Shown here in pieces: positions 40,037 to 51,163 of a DNA stretch of 64,000 nt; position 1 is the first letter of the stretch, and the number at the start of each line of letters is the position of its first letter. Both the position numbers and the translations under genes were made by a program. Under the pieces are notes generated by a model. That model worked only from the letters and a program-made list of their open reading frames with translations, did not search any database and was not told the origin of the DNA. Source of the DNA: an uncultured Gammaproteobacteria bacterium (GTDB lineage: Bacteria; Pseudomonadota; Gammaproteobacteria; Steroidobacterales; Rariloculaceae); NCBI GenBank assembly GCA_963817615.1, contig CAWFPH010000003.1, positions 1,904,856-1,968,855 on the forward strand, given 5' to 3'.

Positions 40037-41249
40037 CTAGCGGCTCACGAGCTCGTATACTGCGCGAAGTTTCGCGGTCACGGCTTGCCAGGTGTGGCCG
40101 CGCTCTACCTTCGCGCGCCCGCTTGCACCGAACGCGCGGCCTAATTCGCCGTTCTCGAGCAACCGGAGAACGGCGCGCGCGAGCGCAGCTTCGTCGCCGT
40201 ATCTTACGATCAGCCCGTCGACGCCATCCGCGATTACACTGCGCACCGCCCCGATGTCGGCGCCGATGACGGGCTTGCCGGCAGCCCACGCCTCGAGATA
40301 CGTGATTCCGAACGACTCGTATTTCGAAACCATCGAGAATACGTCGCAAGCCGCAAACAGCGCGGGCTTTTCCTGCTCGCGAAAGTCCTCGACGAGACGC
40401 ACCCGAGCCCTCTGTTCCGGCGGCAGCGCGGCCACGAGCGCCGTGGATCGTCTCGGAATACGAGTCGCGAGCTCCCGCGATCAATAGGCTCGCATGCGGC
40501 ATCCGCTCCCAAACGATCCGCATCGCACCGATCAACGTATCGATTCCCTTGCCGCCGGCCTGGCGGCCGACGTACGCGACGACCGGCTCGTCGCCGATGC
40601 CGTATTTCGCGCGGGCCGCGCAGCGCTCCAAGCCGGCGTAGTCTTCCAGATCCACGCCGGGACCGACGACATGAATCTTGTCCGCGGGAACACCCCAGCG
40701 CGCGAACGCATCCCGTTCGAAGGCGGTATTCGCCACGTACGCGTCCGCACGCTCAGCGATTTCGAGCGTCAACCTGTCGACCTGCTCGCCGACGATGTGC
40801 AGCGCGCCGTAGCATACGAACGGCTTGCGGTGCTTGCCGAGCGTCGGATAGAGCATATGCGTGTAGCCGAACGCCGTCGCGCCCACGACGTCGGCCTCCG
40901 CGCGCGCGATGGCGCGCGCCATGCCCCAAGACAGAGGGCCCCGATTCGCGAGCGTCGCGAGATCTGCAAACGGCATACGCAGCTTTCGAGACGCGCGCGC
41001 GGCCGCGTTGAGCGCCCAGCGGCCGCGGCGCACGTAAGGGAAGCGCAGCACGCGGACACCGCCGATGATTTCCTCGCGACGCTCGATGCGGCCCGTCGTG
41101 AGGTCACTCGGGTCGCCGAGCGCATCGCTCGTCACGACGGAGACGACGTCGCCGAATTCCGCGACGAGCTGCTCGGAGAAGCGCTTGAAGAGCAGCTGAC
41201 TTCCGCCGAGCGCGGGATGGTAGCTGTGCACGACGTGCAGGATCTTCAT
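40037..41249 (-). pseudogene. GT4-family glycosyltransferase with one frameshift near 40440
   Basis: The N-terminal 270 aa (MKILHVVHSYHPALGGSQLL...LLIAGARDSYSE) are embedded in ORF 39648..41411. The C-terminal 132 aa (ORF 40037..40435: ...DVFSMVSKYESFGITYLEAWAAGKPVIGADIGAV...) are in another frame. Confidence 0.75.
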
Positions 41250-41312
41250 GCGCGAGCGGCGCCCGCGGCGGTATCGGCGAGCCGCGCCTCGATCAACGTC
41301 GAAAGCTGCTCG
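41221..41312. repeat. Direct repeat copy 1 (92 bp, 3 mismatches to 43111-43202)
   Basis: tag[c/g]tgtgcacgacgtgcaggatcttcatgcgcgagcggcgcccgcggcggtatcggcgagccgcgcctcgatca[ac/gt]gtcgaaagctgctcg. It spans the ATGA junction of two glycosyltransferase genes. Confidence 0.9.
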
Positions 41313-41480
41313 CCTGTCTGCCTCCAGTCCCCTGCAAATCGCTGAGCAGGTCGCGCTATTCGCGCGCAGCGGAAAGCGCTCGGGCCAATTCCGATCGAGA
41401 ATGTACGACATGAGGCCAACGCGAAGCCCTTCACGTAATTGGTCGCTTCGCGGGCATCGCCTGCGCTGAAGCGGCGCGGC
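41250..41480 (-). pseudogene. Degenerate, internally deleted copy of the 3' end of the 43136..44335 glycosyltransferase gene
   Basis: ...NYVKGFALA...LMSYILDRNWPERFPL...EQLSTLIEARLADTAAGAARA* parallels ...SYVKGFDVGLMPYVLDRHSDNVSPL...EQLSTLIEARLADTAAGAARA* of the intact gene. Confidence 0.55.
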
Positions 41481-42175
41481 ACGAGCGGATTGCGAAGTGT
41501 AAATGACTTCCCGCCGAGCGGCTACGTGCGCCGTTCACCTAAACCGTACGATCGAAATGCCTATTGGACGCGAAACAATCGGGGCCACGCGCCGTTACGT
41601 CAAATGGCCGAAAAGCAAAGCCACTACACGTGAGAGCTTCGAAGCCGACAAGAGTGGAGAAGTTACTTCCGACCGAACCGTCGGCTTTCTGATCGGCTCA
41701 GCATTCGCCATCCTGGTGGGCCTCAGCACTCGGCGAGAACACTACAGGCTTCAAGATCGACTCCGGCGACTACACGTAATTCGCGTCGATCGGCACTTTC
41801 GGATCGGCGAGATAGACGCGCGTGCGAATCGCGACTGTGCGCAATCACTTGTGTTAGCGCACAACTGCGACTCCGGCATACACCACATCGCCCAGTCATT
41901 CCGACGTTGGCGAGAGGATCATCGACCCTGTATGGGCCTTGTAGTACGGCGTGGGCACGGCGACAATCGGTCGACGCGGCGGCATTCGCGACCGACGCGA
42001 CTAGACGCCTCGAGCGCAGCGCCGGGTCCGCCACCACATCTGCGGCCATCTGGCGGCTATCGTAGCGTCGTACTCTGTCGTTTGCGTTCTTGCATTCGCT
42101 GCGGCGAACCGACAACTGGGTGCGCCAAGCCAAGCCACGGCTTGCTCTCTATGTTTAAGAATAAGGAGAACACAG

Positions 42176-43039
42176 ATGTTCCGACGCCTGCTGCGTCCGC
42201 TCGTGCAACGTGCGGCTGTTTCGTTCGAGCTGCGCTCTCGGACTTCTCCCGCGACAAAGATTGCGCAACGGCAGCTCTATCACTACTACCGCGACGTCGC
42301 GGCAACGGGAGCCGCCCCTAAGTTGTGCGAGACCGGATTTCGATGTTTCTCGCAATTCGAAGAAGACGGCAAGCTCTTATTCATATTCGCCGTATTGGGC
42401 ATATGGCGAGGCACTTTCGTCGATGTTGGCTCCGCCGATGGGATCAACAGCAATTGCGCAAACCTTGCTCTGAATTTTGGATGGCACGGGCTATTCATTG
42501 ATGGCGATGCAGAGAACGTACGTCGGGGAGAAGCGTTTTATAGAAGCCATCCGGACACGTTCGAGTATCCGTCGAAGTTCATCCGGGCGCTCGTTACGCG
42601 GGAAAACGTCAACGATCTCCTCAAGGCCGCCGATGTGCCGCCCGAAGTCGATTTGATGTCGATCGACATCGACGGTAACGACTATTGGGTGTGGGATGCT
42701 CTGGAGCATACGGCGCCCAAAGTCGTAATCATTGAGACTCATGTCGAATTCGGAGATCGAAGCGTTGTCGTCCCGTACGATAAGGACTACGTCTATCCCG
42801 GCAAGCACCCGGACTACCACGGCGCCTCTCCGAGAGCAATGCAGAAGCTGGCCAGCAAGAAAGGGTACCGTCTCATCGGTTCCAACAACTACGGGTTCAA
42901 TACGATCTATATGCGCGCGGGCTTGGCAGAAGATGTTCTGCCCGCAGTACCTGTCGAGACTGTCTTGGAGCACCCGAGAAACGCTAAGCGGGCATTGCGA
43001 TTCGGTCCCATCAAGGATTGGGAGTACGTGGAGGTTTAG
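42176..43039 (+). CDS. FkbM-like (Methyltransf_21-type) methyltransferase on a lower-GC cassette
   Basis: 287 aa; ATG follows AAGGAGA. FSQFEEDGKLLFIFAVLG...GTFVDVGSADGINSNCANLALNFGWHGLFIDGD...DLMSIDIDGNDYWVW resembles FkbM-family proteins of LPS/EPS loci. Confidence 0.65.
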   Translation: MFRRLLRPLVQRAAVSFELRSRTSPATKIAQRQLYHYYRDVAATGAAPKLCETGFRCFSQFEEDGKLLFIFAVLGIWRGTFVDVGSADGINSNCANLALNFGWHGLFIDGDAENVRRGEAFYRSHPDTFEYPSKFIRALVTRENVNDLLKAADVPPEVDLMSIDIDGNDYWVWDALEHTAPKVVIIETHVEFGDRSVVVPYDKDYVYPGKHPDYHGASPRAMQKLASKKGYRLIGSNNYGFNTIYMRAGLAEDVLPAVPVETVLEHPRNAKRALRFGPIKDWEYVEV

Positions 43040-43110
43040 AGTCCCCGCACGCGTCGGATGACCCGTTCCTGAAGCGCCGCATGCAGCGTTAAATGTCGCG
43101 CGGAGCCGGT

Positions 43111-43202
43111 TAGGTGTGCACGACGTGCAGGATCTTCATGCGCGAGCGGCGCCCGCGGCGGTATCGGCGAGCCGCGCCTCGATCAGTGTCGAAAGCTGCT
43201 CG
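43111..43202. repeat. Direct repeat copy 2; includes a 9-codon stub (MKILHVVHT*, 43110-43139, minus strand) of the GT4 gene start
   Basis: Same sequence as 41221-41312. The stub keeps the ATGA overlap with the stop of 43136..44335. Confidence 0.9.
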
Positions 43203-44335
43203 ACTCGCCGCTCCCAGCTGGACGCCTTGGCCAGGGCTAGCCGGTCGGGTCTGCCGGCGGCGGGCTGCGCTAGAGCGGCGCTCGCAGCCGCAACATAGTC
43301 GCGCCCCGGACCGACGAGCTCCACGTACCGGGAGAACTCGAGGACGGCTTGTATCCGCGCGGAAACCACCGGAATTCCGGCCGCAAAGTAGTCGTAGAGC
43401 TTCAGAGGGCTGACGTTGTCGGAATGTCGGTCCAGCACGTAGGGCATCAGTCCCACGTCGAAGCCCTTAACGTAGCTCGGTACCTCCCGCACGTTCACGG
43501 CGCCGAGATGGTGGACGTTCGGCAACTCCACGAGCTTCTGCCAGGCGTCGGCTGGGCCGGCAAACCTCACCTCCCCCAAGAACACGAGCGACCACTCCGG
43601 CTTTTGCCGAGCCAAAGCAGTCAGCGCCGGCAAGTCGAGCCGCTCGCTGATGTGGCCGATGTAACCCAAGCGCGGCGCCGGAATCGCGGCAAGCGAGGCC
43701 GGTAGATTCTCGTCTGCGAGCGCGCGCGCATACAGTTCGAAATCGACGCCGTTGGCGACCAGGTACGTGTGCGGGTTGTGCACTCGCTTGGCCTTCAGCA
43801 AGTTCTCCGAGACGACGATCACGAGGTCGGCGCGAGCCAGCAAGCGCTGCTCGGCTGCCTCGATCTTGCGCCTCCACTCCTCGCCCACGCCGTGGTACGC
43901 GGAATACTCGTCCACGACGTGATAGACGAGCAGTCGAGGATCGGGTATCTCCGCAACGATGTCCTCCATATCGGGACGCGAGATCCAAACGATCGGGCGC
44001 GCCATCCCGAGCCTCTGCATGGCATGTGCGAGAGTCCTCCGCCGCACCGCTGCACCGATCTGCTTGAACGGCGCACGCGGGCTCAACGCACCCCATAGGG
44101 GATAGCGCAGCACGCTCAAGTGATCCGCTACCGAACGGACCGTAGGGTCTCTCCAGCTCGGATGATCGACCGCATGACGGTTACCGCGCGCGAGCAGACG
44201 GCGAAGGTGCGGTCGCGGCTCGACGAAGAGGACACTGTTGTCGCGCGCGAAGATCGACATCAACTGCTGCCGGTTACGCCACATGCCCTCCCAGCGCTCG
44301 GGTGCGAAGTAGAGGAGGCTGTGCCCCTTCAGCAT
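43136..44335 (-). CDS. GT-B fold glycosyltransferase (intact)
   Basis: 399 aa: SLLYFAPERWEGMWRNRQQLMSIFA...LGYIGHISERLD...VKGFDVGLMPY...PLKLYDYFAAGIPVVS. Confidence 0.8.
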   Translation of the reverse strand: MLKGHSLLYFAPERWEGMWRNRQQLMSIFARDNSVLFVEPRPHLRRLLARGNRHAVDHPSWRDPTVRSVADHLSVLRYPLWGALSPRAPFKQIGAAVRRRTLAHAMQRLGMARPIVWISRPDMEDIVAEIPDPRLLVYHVVDEYSAYHGVGEEWRRKIEAAEQRLLARADLVIVVSENLLKAKRVHNPHTYLVANGVDFELYARALADENLPASLAAIPAPRLGYIGHISERLDLPALTALARQKPEWSLVFLGEVRFAGPADAWQKLVELPNVHHLGAVNVREVPSYVKGFDVGLMPYVLDRHSDNVSPLKLYDYFAAGIPVVSARIQAVLEFSRYVELVGPGRDYVAAASAALAQPAAGRPDRLALAKASSWERRVEQLSTLIEARLADTAAGAARA

Positions 44336-44360
44336 CTTGTGCGCCTCGAGGTGCGACCGA

Positions 44361-45104
44361 TTAGGTCGAAGAGGCGTTACTCGAGATCAACTGCTTCACG
44401 GCGCGGACCGAAATCGACAATTGATAGTCGCGGTCATGGTAGTCGAGTTCGGCCGGCCGCAAATCGCTGCTCGAGAGACCATGCAGAAACGCACAGGCGG
44501 CCAAGACGTTGCCGTGAGACTCGACGGTCACGTTCGCCGGCCCGAAAACGTCGCCAAACAAGCGCCCGGCCGATGCATCGGTGAAACGCCAGAAGTCGCC
44601 CCATTCCATCATGTCGTACCGGCAGATTTGACTGATTCCGGGGACGGTCGCGAGGACGACGCCGCCGGGCTTGAGCGTTCGGAAGCTGTTCGCAACCGCT
44701 CTACGAACATCGTAGATGAACGGATATACCTGCGTGAGGATCAAACAGTCGAACGTTTCCTCGGGCAGACCAGCGCCTGTTTCGAGGTTCGCGACGATGG
44801 TTCCGTCGCGATGACCTTCCGTCGGGTACATCACATCCGCACGCGTCACGCGGTCGCCGCCAAATTTCGTTGTGTAGCTCACGAGCCCGCCGGCCTCGAG
44901 CACGGCGCCGCGGATGTCGGTCGCGTGCAGCGCCATGAAGCGCTCTATGTAGTACCGATCGATGGGCCAGCCTCGATCGACTCCCAAGGAGCGGCTGATC
45001 GGCGTGACGCGGCGCAGCGATCCGAAGCGCAGCGGCAAACGGATACCGACCGCACGCAGACCAAGACCAATCGCTTGCCTGACCGGCCTAAGCACTGCAC
45101 TCAT
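44361..45104 (-). CDS. Class I SAM-dependent methyltransferase
   Basis: 247 aa: AVLEAGG...FDCLILTQVYPFIYDV...LKPGGVVLATVPG. It lies immediately downstream of wzm-wzt. Confidence 0.8.
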   Translation of the reverse strand: MSAVLRPVRQAIGLGLRAVGIRLPLRFGSLRRVTPISRSLGVDRGWPIDRYYIERFMALHATDIRGAVLEAGGLVSYTTKFGGDRVTRADVMYPTEGHRDGTIVANLETGAGLPEETFDCLILTQVYPFIYDVRRAVANSFRTLKPGGVVLATVPGISQICRYDMMEWGDFWRFTDASAGRLFGDVFGPANVTVESHGNVLAACAFLHGLSSSDLRPAELDYHDRDYQLSISVRAVKQLISSNASST

Positions 45105-45112
45105 GGCACAAG

Positions 45113-46468
45113 CTACCCAATCTCAGCTCGCGCCGTCTCGCTGCGCGAACTACCGCCGGTCTCAGTCGTCCACTGCAACATCGGCCGGACAACCCCGGGC
45201 ATGTCTCCGGCCCACTCACCACGCGCGGTGTCGGCGCCCATGTGGTCCCGCACTCCGAACACGATCACCTGGGGCTCGTCGAATTGCACGGCTTTCGGAC
45301 TTTGCGTGATCAACGCCGGTGTCACGAACAGCATTCCCGGCGCGAGGAAGTTGCCGGGTACCCAGGCCGTGGTCACGTACACGCCGGTCGCATACGGTCT
45401 TTGAGACCACACCGGATCCGTGTGATTTACGGCGAAAATCATCGCGCCCTCTTCGTTATATACCCAGTAATGGGGGAGCAGCTTGAAGCCGGGCTGCAAA
45501 ACCTCGAACGTCATTTGCAGTCCAACGCTCTCGCGAATGTCAACGGAGGACACCGGCTTGTTGCCGCGATCGACTATGCGTACGGAGCGCAACCTTGCAA
45601 CGTTGCCGCCCGGGGCGGTCGAGGGATCGTGCCATTCTCGGCTCGAAGCGCCACCCTCTCCGGCGTTTAGATAATGGCTGATGACCTGGTGCGCGGGACC
45701 GTCGATCTCGACCGTTCCTCCGGACAACAAGATAGCGCGGCTGCAAAGCATCGAGACGGCCGGCATATTGTGCGAGACGAAGAGAATGGTCCTGCCTTCG
45801 CGGCTCACGTCCTGCATCTTGTTGATGCACTTCTTCTGGAACGAGGCATCGCCTACTGCCAGAACCTCGTCGACTATGAGGATCTCGGGTTCCAGGTGAG
45901 CCGCTACGGCGAACGCAAGCCGAACGGCCATGCCGCTGGAATACCGCTTGACCGGTGTGTCGAGAAAGCGTTCTACGCCTGAAAAATCGACGATCTCGTC
46001 GAACTTGCGGCTCACCTCGGACTTGGTCATGCCGAGTATCGTGCCGTTCAAAAAGATGTTCTCGCGGCCGGTGAGCTCGGGATGGAACCCGGTTCCCACC
46101 TCTAGTAAGCTCGCCACGCGGCCATTGATATCGGCCCTGCCGTGCGTCGGCGGCGTGATCCTGGTCAATATCTTCAACAATGTGGATTTGCCTGCGCCGT
46201 TGCGCCCGATCAAACCCACGACCTCGCCGCGTTTCACGTCGAATGAGACGTCGCGCAGCGCCCAAATGACGTCGTCCGGATTCTCGGCTCCTTCCGGATC
46301 CACGTCATCGAAGCGGTATAGCGATCGGTAGCGGCGATAGTTGGTGAGCGGACTCCGAACGAAATCGAAGACGGTTCCGGCGAAGCTATCCTTCAAATTC
46401 TCCTTGATGCCGATCCGATAGACCTTGCTGAGGCCGGCCGCGCGCACGGCAATATTCGAGTCCGTCAT
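45113..46468 (-). CDS. wzt: Polysaccharide/O-antigen ABC exporter ATP-binding protein with a C-terminal glycan-binding-type extension
   Basis: 451 aa with Walker [10 protein letters not shown], signature YSSGMAVRL and Walker [14 protein letters not shown] ~200-aa extra C-terminal domain follows, as in Wzt proteins. Confidence 0.88.
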   Translation of the reverse strand: MTDSNIAVRAAGLSKVYRIGIKENLKDSFAGTVFDFVRSPLTNYRRYRSLYRFDDVDPEGAENPDDVIWALRDVSFDVKRGEVVGLIGRNGAGKSTLLKILTRITPPTHGRADINGRVASLLEVGTGFHPELTGRENIFLNGTILGMTKSEVSRKFDEIVDFSGVERFLDTPVKRYSSGMAVRLAFAVAAHLEPEILIVDEVLAVGDASFQKKCINKMQDVSREGRTILFVSHNMPAVSMLCSRAILLSGGTVEIDGPAHQVISHYLNAGEGGASSREWHDPSTAPGGNVARLRSVRIVDRGNKPVSSVDIRESVGLQMTFEVLQPGFKLLPHYWVYNEEGAMIFAVNHTDPVWSQRPYATGVYVTTAWVPGNFLAPGMLFVTPALITQSPKAVQFDEPQVIVFGVRDHMGADTARGEWAGDMPGVVRPMLQWTTETGGSSRSETARAEIG

Positions 46469-46490
46469 TTTTGATGGCGCCTTTACCGTG

Positions 46491-47318
46491 TCAGATGACG
46501 TCCACGAAGACGCGTTCCATGCGTCGGAAATAGACCGCGCCGGTCACGGTCAAGAGCACTCCGACCCCGATTCCAGGGAGAATGAACGCCCAGGAAATTG
46601 GGCCGCCCAGCAAGCAAGCGCGGAAGCCTTCGACGACGGCCACGAGCGGATTCAGCGAATAGACGAGCCGGTAGGACTTTGGAATCGAAGAGGCACTGTA
46701 GAGAATCGGCGCCGTGTAGATCAGCAGCCGTATCACGAACTGCATTGCGAATTTCACGTCCCGGAATCGAATGGCCAAAGCCGAAAGCCACAGACCGATC
46801 GCCGTCGGCACCGCCATCATCAGAACGACGAACAGCGGCAGCAGCACGACGTTCGGTCCGGGAGCCACGCGGTAGTAGATCATCACGCCGGCCAACAGCA
46901 GCAGCGAGATCGCGAAGTCGACCAATTTCGCCGCGATCGGCGTCAGCGGATAGATGATCCGCGGAAAGTACACCTTCGCGAGCATGCTCTGCCCGGCCAC
47001 CAAGCTCTGACTGGACAACGTCATCGCCTCGGACATATAGGTCCATGGGATGATCGCGACCGTCGAGAACAGCATGTAAGGCGTGCCATTGGTCGGCACA
47101 CCGGCAACCCGGCCGAATATCAACGTGAACAGGATGATCTGCACGGCCGGGTTCAAGATCGCCCACGCGAAGCCGAGCACGGTTTGCGCGTACAGGACCT
47201 TCACGTCCCGCAGCACCAGGAAGTAAAACAGATCCTTGTAACGCTTGAGCTCGGCGAAATCGAAAGCTTCGAATCCGGAAGCAGGCTTTATTACGATGGT
47301 CGGTAGTTGTTGAGCCAC
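46491..47318 (-). CDS. wzm: ABC-2 type polysaccharide exporter permease
   Basis: 275 aa: [37 protein letters not shown] plus 6 TM segments. Confidence 0.88.
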   Translation of the reverse strand: MAQQLPTIVIKPASGFEAFDFAELKRYKDLFYFLVLRDVKVLYAQTVLGFAWAILNPAVQIILFTLIFGRVAGVPTNGTPYMLFSTVAIIPWTYMSEAMTLSSQSLVAGQSMLAKVYFPRIIYPLTPIAAKLVDFAISLLLLAGVMIYYRVAPGPNVVLLPLFVVLMMAVPTAIGLWLSALAIRFRDVKFAMQFVIRLLIYTAPILYSASSIPKSYRLVYSLNPLVAVVEGFRACLLGGPISWAFILPGIGVGVLLTVTGAVYFRRMERVFVDVI

Positions 47319-47640
47319 TGACTGAGTCCAAACAGTATTGCGAGCGACCGCCCCAATGAGGTCTGGACCAAGACGGGCTCGGCACGGGGTTCGAGGATAG
47401 CCTGTCCACTGCGTAAAGTGGCGTGTTAGATCTCACATTAGTCCTTCCGTGCGCGCGGCAGTGCGCCGCGACCATCGAGCGGTCGCTCGATCGCCCTCCT
47501 GGCGCTGAGCCCGATTGCGGGATTCGTGATGCCGGGCTTGGCGGCCACGGCAGCATTCCCCTAGTCTATGTGAGCCGCTGAAACCGAAGCAATCGCCGAG
47601 CACCCTGGCCGCGCGATTTACCCGAAACTACGAGGACCGC

Positions 47641-48580
47641 GTGATTCGCGCATCCGCACGGCGCCTCAAGCGCGCGTTGAAAAGCAGACTCGCCCGGCGC
47701 ACGAGCCGCACGCGCCTCCCGACGGGTACGCAGCACGAATGGTCGATCGGAATCTACGAGGGCGCCTCGCCTCTCTCGCTCACGCCGTGCCCGGCGGATC
47801 AACCCCGTGCTCACGCGCGACGACGTGAGCGACGTGCCGGCGGCTTTCGTGGCCGATCCCTTCATGGTAGAGGCCGAAGGCCGCTGGCACATGTTCTTCG
47901 AGGTGTTGAACGCACACACTCGCAAAGGGGAGATCGGGCTCGCGACCAGCCGAGACGGGCTCGAAATGGTCGTACCGAAAGATCGTCGTTGCCGAGCCCT
48001 TTCACCTGTCGTACCCATACGTCTTTCGATGGAACCAGTCCTATTACATGATCCCGGAAAGCCACCAGGACCGCTCCGTGCGGCTCTACGAAGCGACGGC
48101 GTTCCCGCACGAATGGGCGTTATCGGCCCGTCTATTGACCGGCCAGAGCTTCGCCGACACGTCCGTGCTCCGCCATGCGGATCGGTGGTGGCTGTTCACC
48201 GCGACGAGTCCGGGCGATCGGCATGACACGCTGCGCCTGTATTCGGCCGAGGAGCTGGGCGGGCCCTGGCTCGAGCATCCTCGGAGCCCAATCGTCAGCG
48301 GCAATCCTCATACCGCTCGACCGGCCGGCCGAGTCATAGCGGCGGGCGACAAGTTATTCAGATTCACGCAGGACTGCTATCCGGTTTACGGACTCGAGGT
48401 CCGAGCATTCGAGATCACCGAGCTCACGACCACGGCCTATCGCGAGCAAGAAGCCTCCGATTCGCCGCTGCTGAAGGCCGCCGGTGTAGGCTGGAACGCT
48501 TCCGGCATGCATCACGTGGACCTGCACCAGATCGGCCGGCGCGTTGGCGCGCGTGCGTCGACGGCTGGATCGGCGTTTGA
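47641..48580 (+). pseudogene. Beta-propeller-like protein common in O-antigen loci (family I recall as annotated glucosamine inositolphosphorylceramide transferase-like), 3 frameshifts
   Basis: EWSIGIYEGASPLSLTP (frame 1), then VLTRDDVSDVPAAFVADPFMVEAEGRWHMFFEVLN...GEIGLATSRDGL (frame 2). FHLSYPYVFRWNQSYYMIPESHQDRSVRLYEA...RFTQDCYPVYGLEVRAFEITELT is in frame 3, and the end RWRACVDGWIGV* is in frame 2. Confidence 0.55.
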
Positions 48581-49852
48581 CTCGCCCTCGGAGAATCGCC
48601 TTGCGTAACCCGTTGCCGCCTCGAGTCAAGCGCCGAATCCACAACACCACGCCCTACTACTACCTCACCGCACTGCAGACCAGCCTGCGTTCCGCGTCGG
48701 CTCTCGATCGCAGATTCGTCTCGCTCAAGCCGGACGGCGGCAGCGCCGGTCGAGTTCTGCTGTCGTACATCAACGACCCGTTTTTTCTGAAGCCGGGCGA
48801 GCCCGTTCCGATCGGCCATACGCATTTCTGGGAATCGCGAGAGATCGCCAACACGTTCCTCGAGCTCGGCTACGAGGTCGACGTGATTCGCTATTCCAAC
48901 CGCAGCTTCGTGCCCCAAAAGGACTATTCGCTGCTGATCGATTCGCGCTTCAATCTCGAACGACTGTCGGGGCTGCTGAATTCCGATTGCCTGCGAATCA
49001 TGCACGCCGACGCGGCCCACTGCCTGTTCCACAACGCCGCCGAGGCTCGCCGCTTGCTCGAGCTGCAACAGCGCCGAGGCGTCACACTCCGACCGCAGCG
49101 CGTCATGGCGCACAATCTCGGCATCGAGCACGCCCATTGCCTGACCATACTGGGCAACCGCTTCACGATCGATACGTACGGCTACGCCGACAAGCCGACG
49201 TACCGCGTACCCGTCTCCACCCCCGTGCTCTACCCCTGGCCCCGCGACAAGGACTTCGACCGCGTGCGGAAGAGCTACATGTGGTTCGGCAGCGGCGGCT
49301 TCGTTCACAAGGGGCTCGATCTCGTGCTGGAAGCGTTCGCCGGAATGCCCGACTACCACCTGACGATCTGCGGCCCGATCGCAAACCCGCTCGAACGCGA
49401 CTTCGTCGATGCGTTTCGCAAGGAGCTGTACGAGACGCCGAACATTCACACCGTGGGCTGGACCGACATCAGCTCGCCGGAATTCGTGCGCCTAGCCAAT
49501 GGCTGCGCCGGCTTGGTGTATCCGTCCTGCTCGGAGGGCGGCGGCGCCAGCGTCCTCTCGTGCATGCACGCGGGCATGATTCCGCTCGTGAGCTACGAGT
49601 CGAGCGTCGACATCGAGCCCGCGTACGGGGCCGTGCTCGAAAACTGCTCCGTCGACACGATCCGCAGCTCCGTCAGAGCCGTCTCCGAGCTGCTCGTCCG
49701 ACACGCTCACACACATGGCACGCGCGTCTTGGGAATTCGCGCGCGCGAGCCATACAAAGGAGCGTTTCGCGGCCGAGTACAGAAAAGTCGCGAACGAGCT
49801 GGTTGCGGCGCGCGACAGGCTACGCGCGGCGCCGCAGGTCCGAACACCCTAG
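48544..49852 (+). pseudogene. GT-B fold glycosyltransferase with one frameshift near 49690
   Basis: ...SYMWFGSGGFVHKGLDLVLEAF...VYPSCSEGGGASVLSCMHAGMIPLVS... lies in frame 1. The native-looking tail SSDTLTHMARASWEFARASHTKERFAAEYRKVANELV...* is in frame 2, ending at 49852. The start is uncertain (TTG 48544 or GTG 48553). Confidence 0.6.
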
Positions 49853-51154
49853 CTTCGCTCGAGCAGCAACCCGGCGGCCACGAGCTCGTCCGCGGCGGAT
49901 CTGATCGAAGCGAACGGCAGGCCGGAACGCGCCGCAATGTCGAGCAGCGAATGCTCGCCGTCCGACTGATTCAGCACCCATAGGATCGCCCACTCGCGGT
50001 CGGGCAGCCGCTTGCCCCCGGTCAGACGATAGAGTCCGCGCTTTCCGAGCTGCGGCTCGCACTTCGGAGACTGGTTGACGTAGACGCCGTCGTGGTCGAG
50101 CACGTCGAAAATGGCACGAACCGCCTGATACGAATCGGCCAGCGATTCGCGCGTGACGAAATCGAGGTCGTCTGCCGAGCTGTGATACTCCGGATATTCG
50201 CCGTTCGGCGTGCGGGTCAGGCGTCCCATCGGGAGGTCGAAGCCCGGCGAGCAGAACTGCCGTTCGTCGTAGCCGTATGGCGAGAAGGAATCACCTTCGA
50301 CCGCGCACTGCGCGACTGCAGGACGTGCGCGGCGGCGCGGTCGATAGCGGCGGTTTCCCGACGACTCCGCTTGTAGTGAGCGGCCCCCGGTCGCCGAGCA
50401 ACGCAAGCACCAATCCGTGATCGACCCGACTCACGTTTTGCTCGTTGATGCTGAGCCAGCAGATCGAGCCGATCGTGCCCGGACCCCATACGAACCGGTA
50501 GCTGTGCTTCCTTTTTTCGGCCGCCACGGAAGCGGCCAAATAGGCGCTGACGGCGAGGCCGCTCAGGTTGTCGTTGCAAAGCGATGGATGACACAGGTGA
50601 GAAAAGATCAGGATCTCGCGTTCGCTCTCGCCCGGCACGAAAAACTCGCCGTACGACAGCGAGCCGGGCTCGAGCGTCGAATCGATGACGACCTCGTAGT
50701 CGCCCTCGCGCAGCGTCTCCAAGACGCGGTGCGGCAGGCAGAACCCCCAATCCTCGCGGTAGTACGACGTGCGATAGGGAATCCAGTCCGGGTGCTCGGG
50801 CAGCGAGAACAAATGCGGGCGAAGCTCGGCCAGGCCGAGCTTCGCCCGCACCGGCACGCTATAGCTCATCACATGCAGGTTGTGGTCGGCGAAGTCCACG
50901 ATCTTGCGGCCGTCCGGCCCGCGCAGATACGCGCCGCGTATGTTCCATTCCTTCGGCACGACCCAGTCGAACACGGGCGTGCCGCTCGGGACCTCGTGGA
51001 CCTCGAGCGGGACGAGCTGCGCGAGCGCGCCCAGAGTCTCTCTGGCTCCCGCGCCGGTGATGCTCCGGCAGATCGGATAAAGATCCGCCACGAGGCGATA
51101 GAGCCGCTCGCCGATGCCCTCCGCACCTGCCGGGTCCTGCGAAACGGCGCTCAT
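49849..51154 (-). pseudogene. DUF4910-type (M28 aminopeptidase-like plus winged-helix) protein, 2 frameshifts
   Basis: ORF 50291..51154 (LYPICRSITGAG...FSHLCHPSLCNDNLSG...) is followed by LTYKRSRRETAAIDRAAAHVLQS in a second frame. ORF 49849..50406 (DSFSPYGYDERQFCSPGFDLPMG...YPEYHSSADDLDFV...) is in a third. Confidence 0.65.
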
Positions 51155-51163
51155 CGTCGCCGG

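Noticed and set aside
39648-41411. 587-aa ORF on the minus strand
   Set aside because: Only codons from MKILHVVH (41249) to about 40440 are glycosyltransferase-like. Upstream it reads through the degenerate gene remnant. Downstream it is Arg-rich out-of-frame sequence overlapping the next gene. It is better explained as a GT4 gene with one frameshift.
41503-42321. 272-aa ORF and antisense 136-aa ORF in the cassette between the direct repeats
   Set aside because: The translations are Arg/Ser-rich with no motif. The 272-aa ORF overlaps the well-supported methyltransferase start (strong RBS at 42163-42169). The region 41.5-42.17 kb is treated as non-coding or remnant DNA.
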